A DNA stretch of 64,000 nucleotides. Source: Burkholderiales bacterium. GTDB taxonomy: Bacteria; Pseudomonadota; Gammaproteobacteria; Burkholderiales; Burkholderiaceae_C. Below are positions 1-9,413 of this stretch, piece after piece. The notes below the pieces were generated by a model. It was not told the DNA's origin and searched no databases. It worked only from the letters and a program-made list of their open reading frames with translations. The position numbers and the translations under genes are program-made. The DNA is taken from the NCBI GenBank assembly GCA_031418595.1, contig JANOXU010000267.1:1848-65847 (forward strand), in the 5' to 3' direction. Every line of letters begins with the position of its first letter. Position 1 is the first letter of the stretch.

Positions 1-1
1 G

Positions 2-604
2 AAAGACGCCTGCGAAGGCAAGAACCACATCAGCCACCAGGCCTGGAGCACCTTCTACCAATACAGCCACGCCGCGGCCTTTCACACCTGGCTGCCCACT
101 GAAGACGAGATGAGCTGGCTTTCAAGCAAGTACCCCGACAGTTTTGACCAGAACTACCGCGCCCGCTTCGAACACTGGGGCAAGGCGGCTGCCGCGGGCG
201 GCGAGGGCCGCTGGTTCAACCAGGTCCTGCCCATGCTGTGCCAGGTCTGCCAGGTGCCCATGCTGTTCACCGAACCCGGCGACCCCACGCAAATCTGCTT
301 CCGTGAAAGCAGCTACCACGGCATGAAGTACCACTTCTGCTCAGACCATTGCAAAGAGATCTTCGACAACGAACCGGCCAAGCTGTCGCAAGCCTGGCTG
401 CCCGTGCACCAGATCTACCAGGGCAGTTGCTACCCGCCCGACATCAACCCCGCCTCGCCCGGCGACAGCCCGGTGCGCGAGGTGCTGCGCTACTACGGTG
501 TGAACGGCGGTGAAGACAACGGTGACTTCAACACCAGCCAGGATCGCAAGAACTTTGCCAAGTGGAGCAAGCGTGGCAAGACTGATGGCGAGGGCAAGAA
601 ATGA
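2..604 (+). CDS. dmpN: Phenol hydroxylase large (alpha, P3) subunit, C-terminal part; gene starts upstream of the window
   Basis: Frame is open from base 2 (KDACEGKNHISHQAW...) into ORF 110..604. Contains WFNQVLPMLCQVCQVP and YHS-like YHGMKYHFCSDHCKEIF. Followed by P4 and P5. Confidence 0.93.
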   Translation, partial: KDACEGKNHISHQAWSTFYQYSHAAAFHTWLPTEDEMSWLSSKYPDSFDQNYRARFEHWGKAAAAGGEGRWFNQVLPMLCQVCQVPMLFTEPGDPTQICFRESSYHGMKYHFCSDHCKEIFDNEPAKLSQAWLPVHQIYQGSCYPPDINPASPGDSPVREVLRYYGVNGGEDNGDFNTSQDRKNFAKWSKRGKTDGEGKK

Positions 605-996
605 GCGCGGCCGAGCAGACGTTTTTGAAGACGGTGGGCGCCTACCCGCTGCGCCAGCAAGACACCGAAGACCGCTTCTACGGCAAGCGCCTCATTTACC
701 TGAGTTGGGAGAGCCACCTCATGTACGCCGCGCCGTTTTGCGTGCCGCTGCCGCCCACACTGCCCTTCGGCGCCCTGGTGCGCGACGTGTTGCCCGAGCT
801 GTACGGCGAGCATCCCGAATTCGAGCAAATCGACTGGCAGCGCACGCGCTGGTTCAATTCGAGCAAGCGCTTCGTGCCTGACTTCGGCAAGTCGCTGGAA
901 CATCATGGCCTCACGCACAAGTCACTCATTCGCTTTCACACGCCCAAGCTTGAAGGCAGCCGCGGTAAGAACGCGGCGGGGCACAACAGCTTCTAA
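601..996 (+). CDS. dmpO: Phenol hydroxylase P4 (gamma) subunit
   Basis: WESHLMYAAPFCVPLPPTLPFGALV...YGEHPEF...DFGKSLEHHGLTHKSLIRF; ATGA overlap with dmpN. Confidence 0.92.
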   Translation: MSAAEQTFLKTVGAYPLRQQDTEDRFYGKRLIYLSWESHLMYAAPFCVPLPPTLPFGALVRDVLPELYGEHPEFEQIDWQRTRWFNSSKRFVPDFGKSLEHHGLTHKSLIRFHTPKLEGSRGKNAAGHNSF

Positions 997-1007
997 CCGT
1001 TTGTTCC

Positions 1008-2066
1008 ATGGCACAGCAACTCACCATTGAGCCCTTGGGCGCGACCATCGAGGTCGAAGACGGCCAGACGCTGCTCGATGCGGCCCTGCGCCAGGGCATC
1101 TACATTCCCCACGCCTGCGGCCACGGCCTGTGTGGCACCTGCAAGGTGCAGGTCACGGGGGGTGAGGTGGAGCATGGTGTCTACAACCCGTTTGCGTTGA
1201 TGGACTTCGAGCGCGACGAAGGCATGGCGCTGGCCTGCAGTGCCACGCTGCTGTCAGACGCCACTATCGAAGCCGACATCGACGATGAGCCCGATGCCCG
1301 CATCATCGCGGTGCGTGATTTCAACGCCACGGTGAGCCGCATCGAAACCCTCACGCCCACCATCAAGGCCATCTTCCTGAAGCTCGATGGCGAGCTTGAT
1401 TTCCAGGCCGGCCAGTACGTGCAACTGCGCCTGCCGGGGGTGGAAGGGGACAGGCCATTCTCGGTGGCCAATGCACCGGCCGATGTGCGGGCGCGCGGCG
1501 AGATCGAGATTAACGTTCGGCTTGTGCCAGGGGGTGCCGGCACGGCTTACCTGCATAACCAGTTGAAGGTGGGCGACACGGTGCCGCTCACCGGCCCCTA
1601 TGGCCGCTTCTTCGTGCGCGAATCACAGCGCGAGCCCTTGCTGTTCATGGCCGGAGGCTCGGGCTTGTCGAGCCCGCGTTCGATGATTCTTGACTTGCTC
1701 GGCCGCGGTTGGGCTCAACCCATCACCCTGGTCTACGGCCAGCGCAACCTGGCCGAGCTGTACTACGACGCCGAGTTTCGCGCTTTGGCCGCGCAGCATG
1801 CCAACTTCAGCTACGTGCCGGCCTTGAGCGAAGACGCCAGCGGTTTTGAAGGCGCCAAAGGCTTTGTGCACGACGCCGCGCGGGAGCACTTCAAGGGCGA
1901 CTTCTCCGGCCGCAAGGCCTACCTGTGCGGCCCGCCGGTCATGATCGAAGCCTGCTTGGCCACGCTGATGCAGTGCCGCCTGTACGAGCGCGACATCTAC
2001 GCTGAAAAGTTCATCACCGCCGCCGATGCGAGCAAGCCGCGCAGTGCTTTCTTCAAGCGCGTGTGA
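1008..2066 (+). CDS. dmpP: Phenol hydroxylase reductase P5 (2Fe-2S/FAD/NAD)
   Basis: IPHACGHGLCGTCK ferredoxin motif, RPFSVAN FAD motif, MAGGSGLSSPRSM, YLCGPP. Confidence 0.95.
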   Translation: MAQQLTIEPLGATIEVEDGQTLLDAALRQGIYIPHACGHGLCGTCKVQVTGGEVEHGVYNPFALMDFERDEGMALACSATLLSDATIEADIDDEPDARIIAVRDFNATVSRIETLTPTIKAIFLKLDGELDFQAGQYVQLRLPGVEGDRPFSVANAPADVRARGEIEINVRLVPGGAGTAYLHNQLKVGDTVPLTGPYGRFFVRESQREPLLFMAGGSGLSSPRSMILDLLGRGWAQPITLVYGQRNLAELYYDAEFRALAAQHANFSYVPALSEDASGFEGAKGFVHDAAREHFKGDFSGRKAYLCGPPVMIEACLATLMQCRLYERDIYAEKFITAADASKPRSAFFKRV

Positions 2067-2080
2067 GTTGAGTAAAACGC

Positions 2081-2434
2081 ATGTACGACTTCCGCCCCAA
2101 GGTCAACGTGACCATCGCACAGACCGGCGAAGTCTTTGCCTGCGCCATCGGCGAAGCCGTGCTCAAAGGCATGCTTCGTCTGGGCCGCAAAGGCATCCCC
2201 GTGGGTTGCGTGAATGGCGGCTGCGGCGTGTGCAAGATTCGCGTGCTGGAAGGCAAGACGCAACTGCTCGGGCCGATCAGCCGCGCGCATGTGAGCGTGG
2301 AAGACGAACAAACCGGATACACCCTGGCCTGCCGGGTGGCGCCCACTGAAAACGTGCGGCTCGAAGTGGCGGGCAAGATGGCCAAGAAGTTTTCAACTGG
2401 GGCGGCCATTCCGGCGAACCCCGCTGTTCCTTAA
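2081..2434 (+). CDS. dmpQ: XylT/DmpQ-type plant-like 2Fe-2S ferredoxin (reactivates catechol 2,3-dioxygenase)
   Basis: [14 protein letters not shown] and LACR motifs; located between reductase and dioxygenase. Confidence 0.9.
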   Translation: MYDFRPKVNVTIAQTGEVFACAIGEAVLKGMLRLGRKGIPVGCVNGGCGVCKIRVLEGKTQLLGPISRAHVSVEDEQTGYTLACRVAPTENVRLEVAGKMAKKFSTGAAIPANPAVP

Positions 2435-2444
2435 GGAGACTGCA

Positions 2445-3389
2445 ATGGGCGTGATGCGTATTGGACATGTCAACATCAGGGTGATGGACATGCAGGCCGC
2501 GGTTAAACACTACCGCGATGTGATCGGCATGAATGTCACCATGGAAGACAAGGCCGGCAACGTCTACCTGAAGTGCTGGGACGAATGGGACCGCTATTCC
2601 GTGATCCTCTCGCCCAGCGACCAGGCGGGCATGAACCACGTGGCCTACAAGGTCGAAAAAGACAGTGACCTTGATGACCTGAAGAAGACCATCGAGGCCT
2701 TTGGCACCAAGACCACCCTGCTGCCCGAAGGCACGCTACCGGCCACCGGCCGCATGCTGCAATTCAAGCTGCCCAGCGGCCACGACATGCGCTTGTTTGC
2801 GCTGAAGGAGTATGTGGGCACCGATGTGGGCAGCACCAACCCCGACCCGTGGCCAGACAGCCAGCACGGCGCTGCCGCTCATTGGCTGGACCATGTGTTG
2901 CTGATGTGCGAGTTCAACCCTGAAACCGGGTTGAACACCGTGGCGGACAACCGCAAATTCTTCATTGAGGCGCTGAACTTCTACGAGACTGAACGCATCA
3001 TGGTCGGCCCCGGCGGCGCGATTCAACTGGCCAGCTTCCTGACCATCAGCAACAAGGCGCACGACATTGCCTTTGTGGGCGGGCCGCGCTCGGGCTTGCA
3101 CCATGCCTCGTTCTTTCTGGATTCCTGGCACGACGTTCTCAAGGCCGCCGACATCATGGGCAAGCGCAAGGTCAAGATCGACGTGGCACCCACGCGCCAC
3201 GGCATCACGCGCGGCGAGACGATTTACTTCTTCGACCCCAGCGGCAACCGCAACGAAACCTTCGCTGGCATGGGCTACCTGGCCCAGCGCGACCGCCCCG
3301 TGACCACCTGGACCGAAGACCGGCTGTGGAGCAGCATCTTCTTCCACACGGGTGAGGCGTATCCGAGCTTCACCGAGGTCTACACCTGA
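2445..3389 (+). CDS. dmpB: Catechol 2,3-dioxygenase (extradiol)
   Basis: MGVMRIGHV start, [42 protein letters not shown] signature. Confidence 0.96.
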   Translation: MGVMRIGHVNIRVMDMQAAVKHYRDVIGMNVTMEDKAGNVYLKCWDEWDRYSVILSPSDQAGMNHVAYKVEKDSDLDDLKKTIEAFGTKTTLLPEGTLPATGRMLQFKLPSGHDMRLFALKEYVGTDVGSTNPDPWPDSQHGAAAHWLDHVLLMCEFNPETGLNTVADNRKFFIEALNFYETERIMVGPGGAIQLASFLTISNKAHDIAFVGGPRSGLHHASFFLDSWHDVLKAADIMGKRKVKIDVAPTRHGITRGETIYFFDPSGNRNETFAGMGYLAQRDRPVTTWTEDRLWSSIFFHTGEAYPSFTEVYT

Positions 3390-3406
3390 AAAGCCCACGA
3401 ATCTTT

Positions 3407-3496
3407 CTACTGCGCGCCCCAATCTTGGCTCTGCGCGTCTCGCCGTACCTCCAGTACGGCTGCGATGCTCGAACCAACCTTGGGCCGCTCGCTACG
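3407..3496. repeat. About 90-bp imperfect nested hairpin element in the dmpB-glcG spacer (REP/MITE-like)
   Basis: Inner stem GCCGTAC(3442-3448)/GTACGGC(3454-3460). Outer imperfect arms CCCAATCTTGG / CCAACCTTGGG. Ends CTACTGCGCG and GCTCGCTACG. Confidence 0.5.
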
Positions 3497-3525
3497 AAAT
3501 CTTCATGAGTTTTCTCTTTCGTTAA

Positions 3526-3975
3526 ATGGAGCTGCTGATGAGCAACGAGCAACAGAGCAGCGTGCCCCAGCGCAGCATCAGCGCCACCGCAGCCCACGCC
3601 GTGGTGGCGGCTGCGGTGGCTGAAGCAGGCAGGCTGGGCATTCGCATCAACGCCGCCGTGGTGGATGCCGGCGGCAACCTGGCGGCGTTTTTGCGCATGC
3701 CCGGCGCCTTCATCCATTCCATCGACATTGCCATTGACAAGGCTTACACCGCGGCCAGCTTTGGCTTCCCCACCTCGCAGTGGGGCGCCATTGTTGACAG
3801 CGACAAGATGCTGCATCACGCGCTGAACCAGCGCGCGCGGCTGGTGATGATCGGCGGCGGCTTGCCCCTGCGCGAAGGCGATGTGCTGATCGGCGGCATT
3901 GGCGTTTCCGGTGGCTCAGCCGAGCAAGATGAAGCCTGTGCGGCAGCGGCCATCCAGGCTCTGGGCCTGGTCTAA
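3526..3975 (+). CDS. GlcG/HbpS-family heme-binding protein (start may be 3538)
   Basis: AVVDAGGNLAAFLRMPGA...SIDIAIDKAYTA...GGGLP...IGGIGVSGG family pattern. Confidence 0.88.
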   Translation: MELLMSNEQQSSVPQRSISATAAHAVVAAAVAEAGRLGIRINAAVVDAGGNLAAFLRMPGAFIHSIDIAIDKAYTAASFGFPTSQWGAIVDSDKMLHHALNQRARLVMIGGGLPLREGDVLIGGIGVSGGSAEQDEACAAAAIQALGLV

Positions 3976-3993
3976 CTATTCAGATAGGCGGAC

Positions 3994-5448
3994 ATGAAGC
4001 AGTTCCTCAACTACATCAATGGCGCATTCGTTGCCACCGGCAGAACCTACAACAAGCACCGGCCGGTTGACAACCTGGTCATCGGCGCCGTGCACGAAGC
4101 CGGCCGCGCTGAGGTCGACGCTGCCGTGGCCGCCGCGCGTGCCGCGCTGCATGGCGACTGGGGCCGCATGAGCGTGGTCAAGCGGGTGGAGCTGCTGTAT
4201 GCCGTGGCCAATGAAATCGACCGCCGGTTCGATGACTTCTTGCAGGCCGAGCTGGCCGACACCGGCAAACCTCATTCGTTAGCGTCGCACATCGACATTC
4301 CGCGCGGCGCGGCCAACTTCAAGGTGTTTGCCGACATCGTGAAGAACGTGCCGACGGAAAGCTTCGAGATGACCACGCCTGACGGCGGCAGGGCCGTGAG
4401 CTACGGGTTGCGCACGCCACTGGGCGTGGTGGCCGTCATTTGCCCCTGGAACCTGCCGTTGTTGCTGATGACCTGGAAGGTGGGCCCGGCGCTGGCCTGC
4501 GGCAACACGGTGATCGTGAAGCCTTCGGAAGAAACGCCCGCGACGGCCACACTGCTGGGCGAGGTGATGAGCAAGGTGGGCATGCCCAAGGGCGTGTACA
4601 ACGTGCTGCACGGCTTTGGCCCCGATTCAGCCGGCGAGTTCCTCACCCGCCACCCCGGCGTGAACGGCATCACCTTCACCGGCGAAACGCGCACCGGCGA
4701 AGCCATCATGGCCGCCGCCGCCAAGGGCGTGCGGCCGGTGAGCTTCGAGTTGGGCGGCAAGAATCCCGGCATCGTGTTCGCCGACGCCGATCTTGAAAAA
4801 GCCGTGGCCGGCATCGCGCGCAGCAGCTTCGAAAACTGCGGCCAGGTCTGCTTGGGCACCGAGCGCGTCTACGTGCAGCGGCCCATCTTCGACCAGTTCG
4901 TCGCGGCGCTCAAGCTCAAGGCTGAAGCCTTGAAGATCGGCCCGCCCGACATGCCCGGTGTGGGCCTGGGCCCGCTGATCAGCGCCGAGCACAAGCAAAA
5001 AGTGATGAGCTACTACGAGCTGGCGCGCAGCGAAGGCGCCACGGTGGTCACTGGCGGCGGCGCGCCGGCCATGCCGGCCGATTTGGCTGAAGGGCACTGG
5101 GTGCAACCGACCATCTGGACAGGCCTGCCCGAAAGCGCGCGCGTGATCCGCGAGGAGATATTCGGCCCGTGCTGCCACATCGCGCCGTTCGACACGGAAG
5201 ATGAAGCCATCGCGCTGGCCAACGCCTCCGAGTACGGTCTGTGCACCACGGTGTGGACGCAAAACCTGGGCACCGCCCACCGCATGGCCGCGGCCATCGA
5301 GGTGGGCCTGTGCTGGATCAACAGCTGGTTCCTGCGCGACCTGCGCACGTCGTTTGGTGGTGCCAAGGGCTCGGGCATCGGCCGCGAAGGCGGCGTGCAT
5401 TCGCTGGAGTTCTACACCGAGCTGCGCAACGTGATGGTGAAGCTGTGA
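3994..5448 (+). CDS. dmpC: 2-hydroxymuconic semialdehyde dehydrogenase
   Basis: ALDH motifs PWNLP, FTGETRTG, FELGGKNP, NCGQVCLGTER, EEIFGP, CWINSWFLRDLRT; meta-operon context. Confidence 0.95.
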   Translation: MKQFLNYINGAFVATGRTYNKHRPVDNLVIGAVHEAGRAEVDAAVAAARAALHGDWGRMSVVKRVELLYAVANEIDRRFDDFLQAELADTGKPHSLASHIDIPRGAANFKVFADIVKNVPTESFEMTTPDGGRAVSYGLRTPLGVVAVICPWNLPLLLMTWKVGPALACGNTVIVKPSEETPATATLLGEVMSKVGMPKGVYNVLHGFGPDSAGEFLTRHPGVNGITFTGETRTGEAIMAAAAKGVRPVSFELGGKNPGIVFADADLEKAVAGIARSSFENCGQVCLGTERVYVQRPIFDQFVAALKLKAEALKIGPPDMPGVGLGPLISAEHKQKVMSYYELARSEGATVVTGGGAPAMPADLAEGHWVQPTIWTGLPESARVIREEIFGPCCHIAPFDTEDEAIALANASEYGLCTTVWTQNLGTAHRMAAAIEVGLCWINSWFLRDLRTSFGGAKGSGIGREGGVHSLEFYTELRNVMVKL

Positions 5449-6287
5449 GCAGCGTTGCGGCCAATCCAGAAATTGGCACGCGCGTTCGCACGGGCGGGTT
5501 CGACACCAATCTGCATGACATGGGGCAGGGCGCGCCGCTGCTCATGATCCACGGCTCCGGCCCCGGCGTCAGCGCCTATGCAAACTGGCGTTTGGCCATG
5601 CCGGCGCTGACCACCGTGCGCCGTGTGATCGCGCCCGACATGGTGGGCTTTGGCTTCACCGAGCGGCCAGTGGGCGTGGCCTACAACATGACGACCTGGG
5701 TGCAACAGGCGCTGGATGTGATGGACGCACTGGGCGTGCAGCAAGCCGACGTGGTGGGCAATTCCTTCGGCGGCGGCCTGGCCCTGGCGCTGGCCATTCG
5801 CGCACCGCAACGTGTGCGCCGCCTGGTGTTGATGGGTTCGGTGGGCGTGCCTTTCCCCATCACCGAAGGGCTGGATGCGGTGTGGGGCTACCAGCCCAGT
5901 TTCGAGGCCATGCGCCGCTTGATGGATTGGTTTGCGTTTGACCGCGGCCTGGTCACCGATGAACTGGCGCAGTTGCGCTACCAGGCCAGCATTCGCCCGG
6001 GGTTTCAAGAATCGTTCAGCGCCATGTTCCCGGCGCCGCGCCAGCGTTGGGTCGATGCCATGGCCAGCGCTGAAGCCAGCATTCGTGCTTTGCCGCATCA
6101 AACCTTGGTGATCCACGGCCGCGAAGACCAGGTCATTCCGCTGCAAACCTCGCTCACCCTGGCCACGCTGATCCCGCGCGCGCAACTCCATGTGTTTGGC
6201 CAATGCGGCCACTGGACGCAGATCGAGCACACCGCGCGTTTCAACCGCCTGGTGGCTGACTTCCTTGCTGAAGCCGACGCAAGCTAA
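5445..6287 (+). CDS. dmpD: 2-hydroxymuconic semialdehyde hydrolase (alpha/beta hydrolase); GTG start overlaps the dmpC stop
   Basis: IHGSGPGVSAYANW, GNSFGG nucleophile elbow, HGREDQVIP, CGHWTQIEH. Confidence 0.93.
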   Translation: MSSVAANPEIGTRVRTGGFDTNLHDMGQGAPLLMIHGSGPGVSAYANWRLAMPALTTVRRVIAPDMVGFGFTERPVGVAYNMTTWVQQALDVMDALGVQQADVVGNSFGGGLALALAIRAPQRVRRLVLMGSVGVPFPITEGLDAVWGYQPSFEAMRRLMDWFAFDRGLVTDELAQLRYQASIRPGFQESFSAMFPAPRQRWVDAMASAEASIRALPHQTLVIHGREDQVIPLQTSLTLATLIPRAQLHVFGQCGHWTQIEHTARFNRLVADFLAEADAS

Positions 6288-6318
6288 CGGTTCATTCCAC
6301 TTCTTGATTCACCCCCAC

Positions 6319-7101
6319 ATGGACAAACAAACCATCCAACGCCACGGCGACGAGCTGCACCGTGCCCTGGTGCAGCGCGAAGCCATCGAGCCGCTGACCA
6401 ACCGCGAACCCGGCATCACCATTGAAGACGCCTATCAAATTCAACTGCGCATGGTGCAGCACCGGCTCGATGCCGGCGAACGCCTGGTGGGCCGCAAGAT
6501 CGGTGTCACCAGCAAGGTGGTGATGGACATGCTGGGCGTGAACCGGCCCGACTTCGGGCAACTGCTTTCCACCATGGCCTACAACGAAGGCCAGCCGATT
6601 GATGCCAGCCAGTTCATCGCCCCGCGCGCCGAGGCTGAAGTGGCCTTCATGCTGGCGCGCGACCTCACCGGCCCGGGCGTCACCGCTGCCGATGTGCTGC
6701 GCGCCACCGATTGCGTGATGCCGTGCTTCGAGATCGTTGATTCACGCATCCGCGACTGGAAGATCAAGATTCAAGACACCATCGCCGACAACGCCAGTTG
6801 CGGCGTCTTCAGCCTGGGCGGCACGCGCAAAAGCCCGCGCGCGCTCGATCTGTCACTGGCCGGCATGGTGCTGGAAAAGAACGGCGAAGTCATCAGCACC
6901 GCCTGCGGCGCCGCGGCCCTGGGCTCGCCCATCAATGCGGTGGTGTGGCTGGCCAACACGCTGGGCGCGCTGGGCATTGGGCTGAAGGCCGGCGAGGTGA
7001 TTCTGTCGGGCTCGCAGTCGCCGCTCGTGCCCTTGAAGGCGGGCGACCATTTCCACTGCGCCGTGGGCGGGCTGGGCAGCACGTCAGTTCGCTTCATCTA
7101 A
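6319..7101 (+). CDS. dmpE: 2-oxopent-4-enoate hydratase
   Basis: GRKIGVTSKVVMDMLGVNRPDFG, FEIVDSRIRDWKIKIQDTIADNAS, ILSGS. Confidence 0.92.
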   Translation: MDKQTIQRHGDELHRALVQREAIEPLTNREPGITIEDAYQIQLRMVQHRLDAGERLVGRKIGVTSKVVMDMLGVNRPDFGQLLSTMAYNEGQPIDASQFIAPRAEAEVAFMLARDLTGPGVTAADVLRATDCVMPCFEIVDSRIRDWKIKIQDTIADNASCGVFSLGGTRKSPRALDLSLAGMVLEKNGEVISTACGAAALGSPINAVVWLANTLGALGIGLKAGEVILSGSQSPLVPLKAGDHFHCAVGGLGSTSVRFI

Positions 7102-7119
7102 CGAAAGACATCACCTACC

Positions 7120-7908
7120 ATGGCACTCAGCAAAGCCACCATCGCCGAACTGGCCGAACACCTGGAAGCCGCGCAACTGCAAGTGCGCGACGTGGTGAAG
7201 ATCACCGACGCCCACCCTGACATGGATTGGGTCGATGCGTATGACATTCAAGACGCCATTCGCGCGCGCAAGGAAGCGGCGGGCGACAAGTGCGCGGGCC
7301 TGAAGGCCGGCCTCACTTCGTTCGCCAAGATGAAGCAAATGGGCGTGGATGTGCCGTGCTTCGGCTTCATGAGCGCCAGCATGGCGCGCGCCGAAGGCAG
7401 CGAGATTCGTCTGGCTGATTTCATTCACCCCAAGGTGGAGGCCGAGATTTGCGTCGTCACCAAGGCGCCGCTGTACGGGCCGGGCTGCCACCTGGGCAAC
7501 GTGCTGGCGGCCATCGATTTCGTGCTGCCCGCGGTGGAGATCATCGACAGCCGCTACCGCGATTTCAAGTTCGATTTGAAGAGCGTGGTGGCCGACAACA
7601 CCTCGGCCGCGGGCTTCGTGGTCGGCGGGCGTTCGCGCGACTTGGCTGAACTTGATCTGCGCACCCTGGGCGTGTGCCTGGAAAAGAACGGCCAGGTCGT
7701 GGCCATGGCCGCCGGCGCTGCCGTGGTGGGCCACCCGGCGGCCGCGGTGGCCATGCTGGCCAACCACCTGGGTGCGCGCGGCCAGCATATTCCTGCGGGC
7801 AGTTTCATCATGACGGGTGGTGTGACCGAAGCCATTGCCGTGGCCAAGGGCGACCACATCAACGTGCGCTTTCAAGACCTGGGCAATGTGTCCATGCGCT
7901 TTGTCTGA
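7120..7908 (+). CDS. dmpH: 4-oxalocrotonate decarboxylase
   Basis: GLKAGLTSFAKMKQMGV, HPKVEAEI, IIDSRYRDFKFDLKSVVADNTS. Confidence 0.93.
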   Translation: MALSKATIAELAEHLEAAQLQVRDVVKITDAHPDMDWVDAYDIQDAIRARKEAAGDKCAGLKAGLTSFAKMKQMGVDVPCFGFMSASMARAEGSEIRLADFIHPKVEAEICVVTKAPLYGPGCHLGNVLAAIDFVLPAVEIIDSRYRDFKFDLKSVVADNTSAAGFVVGGRSRDLAELDLRTLGVCLEKNGQVVAMAAGAAVVGHPAAAVAMLANHLGARGQHIPAGSFIMTGGVTEAIAVAKGDHINVRFQDLGNVSMRFV

Positions 7909-7917
7909 TCGTTGCCC

Positions 7918-8724
7918 ATGACCACGCTCAACCACCAAGCCTTGGCCGGCCGGCGCGCGCTGGTCAGCGGTTCCACTTCAGGCATCGGTTATGCCATCGC
8001 ATGGGCCCTGGCTGAACAGGGCGCGGCCGTGGTGGTGAACGGCCGCGACGCAGCCCGCACCGAAGCCGCGGTGCAGCGTTTGCAGCAGGCCGTGCCGGGT
8101 GCCAGCTTGCACGGCGTGGCGGCTGATCTGGCCACGGCGGCGGGTGCCGATGCCGTGGTGCGTGCGGCGGGCGAGGTCGATGTCCTCATCAACAACCTTG
8201 GCATCTACGAACAGCGCGCCTTTGCCGATCAAACCGATGACGACTGGACGCGCCTGTTCAACGCCAACGTGATGAGCGGCGTGCGCCTCACACGCAGCTT
8301 GTTGCCGGCCATGAAGGCGCGTGGTTGGGGCAGGGTGGTGTTCATCTCCAGCGAGTCGGGCGTGAACCCACCCGGTGACATGTTGCACTACGGTGTCACC
8401 AAAGCCGCGCAAATTGCCCTGGCGCGCGGTCTGGCAGAGACCTGTGTGGCCTGCGGCGTGACGGTGAATTCCGTGCTGCCCGGGCCCACGCTCACCGAAG
8501 GCGCACAGGCCTACCTTGAAGGCGAGGCGGCGCGCGCCGGCACCAGCGTGGCCGAGGCGCAAGCGCAGTTCTTTCGCAACGCGCGGCCCACGTCACTCAT
8601 CCGCCGTTTCATCGCCCCCGAAGAAGTGGCCGCCTTGGTGGCGCACGTTTGCGGGCCGCTTTCTGGTGCCATTCATGGCGCAGCACTGCGGGTTGAAGGC
8701 GGCGTGGTGCGCAACATCCTCTAA
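7918..8724 (+). CDS. SDR-family oxidoreductase
   Basis: VSGSTSGIG Rossmann motif, LINNLGI, YGVTK catalytic motif, NSVLPGPT. Confidence 0.92.
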   Translation: MTTLNHQALAGRRALVSGSTSGIGYAIAWALAEQGAAVVVNGRDAARTEAAVQRLQQAVPGASLHGVAADLATAAGADAVVRAAGEVDVLINNLGIYEQRAFADQTDDDWTRLFNANVMSGVRLTRSLLPAMKARGWGRVVFISSESGVNPPGDMLHYGVTKAAQIALARGLAETCVACGVTVNSVLPGPTLTEGAQAYLEGEAARAGTSVAEAQAQFFRNARPTSLIRRFIAPEEVAALVAHVCGPLSGAIHGAALRVEGGVVRNIL

Positions 8725-8741
8725 CGTTCCAGGAGACTCGT

Positions 8742-8933
8742 ATGCCATTTGCCCAGATCTACATGCTCGAAGGCCGCACACCCGAACAGAAGAAAGCCGT
8801 GCTGGAGAAAGTGACGCAGGCCTTGATGGACGCCGTGGGCGCGCCGAAAGAAACCGTGCGGGTGTGGATTCATGAGATGCCCAAAGAGAACTGGGGCATT
8901 GGCGGGGTGAGTGCCAAGGAGCTGGGGCGATAG
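8742..8933 (+). CDS. dmpI: 4-oxalocrotonate tautomerase
   Basis: 63 aa; MPFAQIYMLEGRTPEQK with catalytic Pro1; RBS CAGGAG upstream. Confidence 0.95.
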   Translation: MPFAQIYMLEGRTPEQKKAVLEKVTQALMDAVGAPKETVRVWIHEMPKENWGIGGVSAKELGR

Positions 8934-8954
8934 CAAGGCGACGGGGTCAAGGCG

Positions 8955-9413
8955 ATGCCAACGATCTTCATCCTCAACGGCCCCAACCTCAACTTGCTGG
9001 GCGAGCGCGAGCCGCACATCTACGGCCATGCCACGCTGGCCGATGTGGAGCAACGCTGCCGTGCCGCCGCGCAGCGCCTGGGTTTGGCGCTGGAGTTTCG
9101 CCAGTCGAACCACGAAGGCGAGTTGATCGACTGGATACATGATGCCCGCCAGCGCGCCGCGGGCATCGTCATCAACCCCGCAGGCTATTCGTTCACTTCG
9201 GTGGCCATTCTTGATGCGCTGAAGACCTGCACGGTGCCCATCATTGAAGTGCACCTGAGCAACATTCACCGCCGCGAGGTGCAGTACCAGAGGTCGCTGG
9301 TTTCGCTGGCCGCGCGGGGTGTGATCTGCGGCCTGGGGCCGCTGGGCTACGAGCTGGCCCTGGCGGCCTTGGCGGAACAGCTTCAGGCGCCCAGCAGCGC
9401 GCAAACGGCCTGA
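8955..9413 (+). CDS. aroQ: Type II 3-dehydroquinate dehydratase
   Basis: [49 protein letters not shown]. Confidence 0.95.
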   Translation: MPTIFILNGPNLNLLGEREPHIYGHATLADVEQRCRAAAQRLGLALEFRQSNHEGELIDWIHDARQRAAGIVINPAGYSFTSVAILDALKTCTVPIIEVHLSNIHRREVQYQRSLVSLAARGVICGLGPLGYELALAALAEQLQAPSSAQTA

